NCBI GenBank assembly: GCA_950097015.1
Contig: CATNEN010000038.1
Coordinates: 12,772,001-12,836,000, forward strand
DNA length: 64,000 bases
Origin: Macrostomum hystrix
Lineage: Eukaryota > Animalia > Platyhelminthes
Direction: 5' to 3'
Shown: in pieces, positions 63,063-64,000 of the stretch
How the letters are laid out: the number at the start of each line of letters is the position of its first letter
Position numbering within the stretch: position 1 is the first letter of the stretch
Notes under the pieces: model-generated
Seen by the model: only the letters and a program-made list of their open reading frames with translations
Databases searched by the model: none
Told to the model about the DNA's origin: nothing
Translations under genes and position numbers: made by a program

Positions 63063-64000
63063 GAGGACCAGTGAATAATGGTATTGTTGGCGGAGCGGCA
63101 GACAGTAAAAGTTCCTCAAACTTGAAAGTACAAGCCGCATGCAACTAGGCCTACTCCTAAAATGTAGACTTAGATTAATTCAGAAACTATTCAGTCTTTA
63201 AGTTTAATCCTTCCTCTATCTAAGCCCTAGGCCTAATTGCTAGGCTTAGGCTGAATTGACTTTCTAAAGCTTCTTATTAGGAGTAGAAAAATGCTACTCA
63301 ATCTGGGCCGGTGAGGCCCCAGCGATATACCTGATACTAACTCAAGACTCAAACAACAGTTTGAGCTCATTAACTGTGAGTCACAAAGTTGCCGAAATTT
63401 CCATCAAATGAAATACGACTCTGCGAGCTGAGTTTGTAAGAAGATAAGCCCTCTTATCTCTATGGCCCAGGAAGCCATATTTAATCCAAAGATCAGATTA
63501 GAGTGAGATAAAGCGAGCGTGTTACATTGGACTTAGCTAGGTATAACTGTAACTGCTTTTCAGCAACCGTGGTCCCGGACTCACGGCTAAATAACTTGCT
63601 AAATAAAGTTTAGAAGTGCCGGCATTACACATGTACAATTAATGTAGGAAAATTAATCCTCTTACCTTTTTTACTGTTTTACTTCAGGAAAATAGAGCGA
63701 GCTGATACTGCCGCTTGGTTTGCAATCTAAAAATTGACGCTGAAGAAAGTATTAGTGGCTGGCTGTTCTCGTCTATCCAAGATTAAAGAAACAGGAAAGC
63801 AGTTGAGCACTAGCTGCTAATATAAAGCCGTGAGCAATGGGGAGAAGAGAAGTTGAGAATTCCGGCCTGATCAATCAATAGCTAGAATGCACGAAGGCTC
63901 AAGCCAGCCATATTACTTTGTTCTTTGTACGCGCGTGGATGTAGATGGTGGTAAAACGGGGGGCTGGGCACTCGCAATGCTATTGGTCCGGGGGTAAGGG

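Noticed and set aside
62406-63140. Ser/Pro-rich N-terminal extension on the USP ORF
   Set aside because: It derives from a 30-bp minisatellite. A CAG acceptor sits just upstream of the ATG at 62405, so the extension is probably intronic.

Overview
Eukaryotic (animal) genomic DNA with GC-rich exons and AT-rich, minisatellite-laden introns. The gene content and style suggest a lophotrochozoan such as the flatworm Macrostomum; this is an inference, not proven. Host genes supported from sequence: three paralogous type-I membrane carboxyl/cholinesterase-fold genes (one cut off by the window start, two head-to-head at 36-40 kb), all with Asp in place of the catalytic Ser and with RFX X-box-like motifs upstream; RPA43/POLR1F; NEMP/TMEM194; an 11+-exon INPP5A; atlastin; and a UspA-type universal stress protein. 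Mobile elements with defined ends: two apparently intact CACTA/EnSpm-type (CMC) DNA transposons with CCC...GGG termini and CC target duplications (2679-8147 and 49951-58273), a deleted hAT element with an 8-bp TSD, a Mutator/Foldback-like MITE with a 9-bp TSD, a CORE-type SINE and LINE debris. Most notable: (i) element 1 joins a 7-exon accessory gene to its transposase through an overlapping TAATG stop/start; (ii) element 2 carries three co-oriented genes, including a BEN-domain protein, each with a splice acceptor just upstream of its ATG; (iii) the Ser-to-Asp esterase-like family is homogenised by apparent gene conversion but has hypervariable patches. All exon models were read by eye from GT-AG sites and phase continuity; no searches were run.
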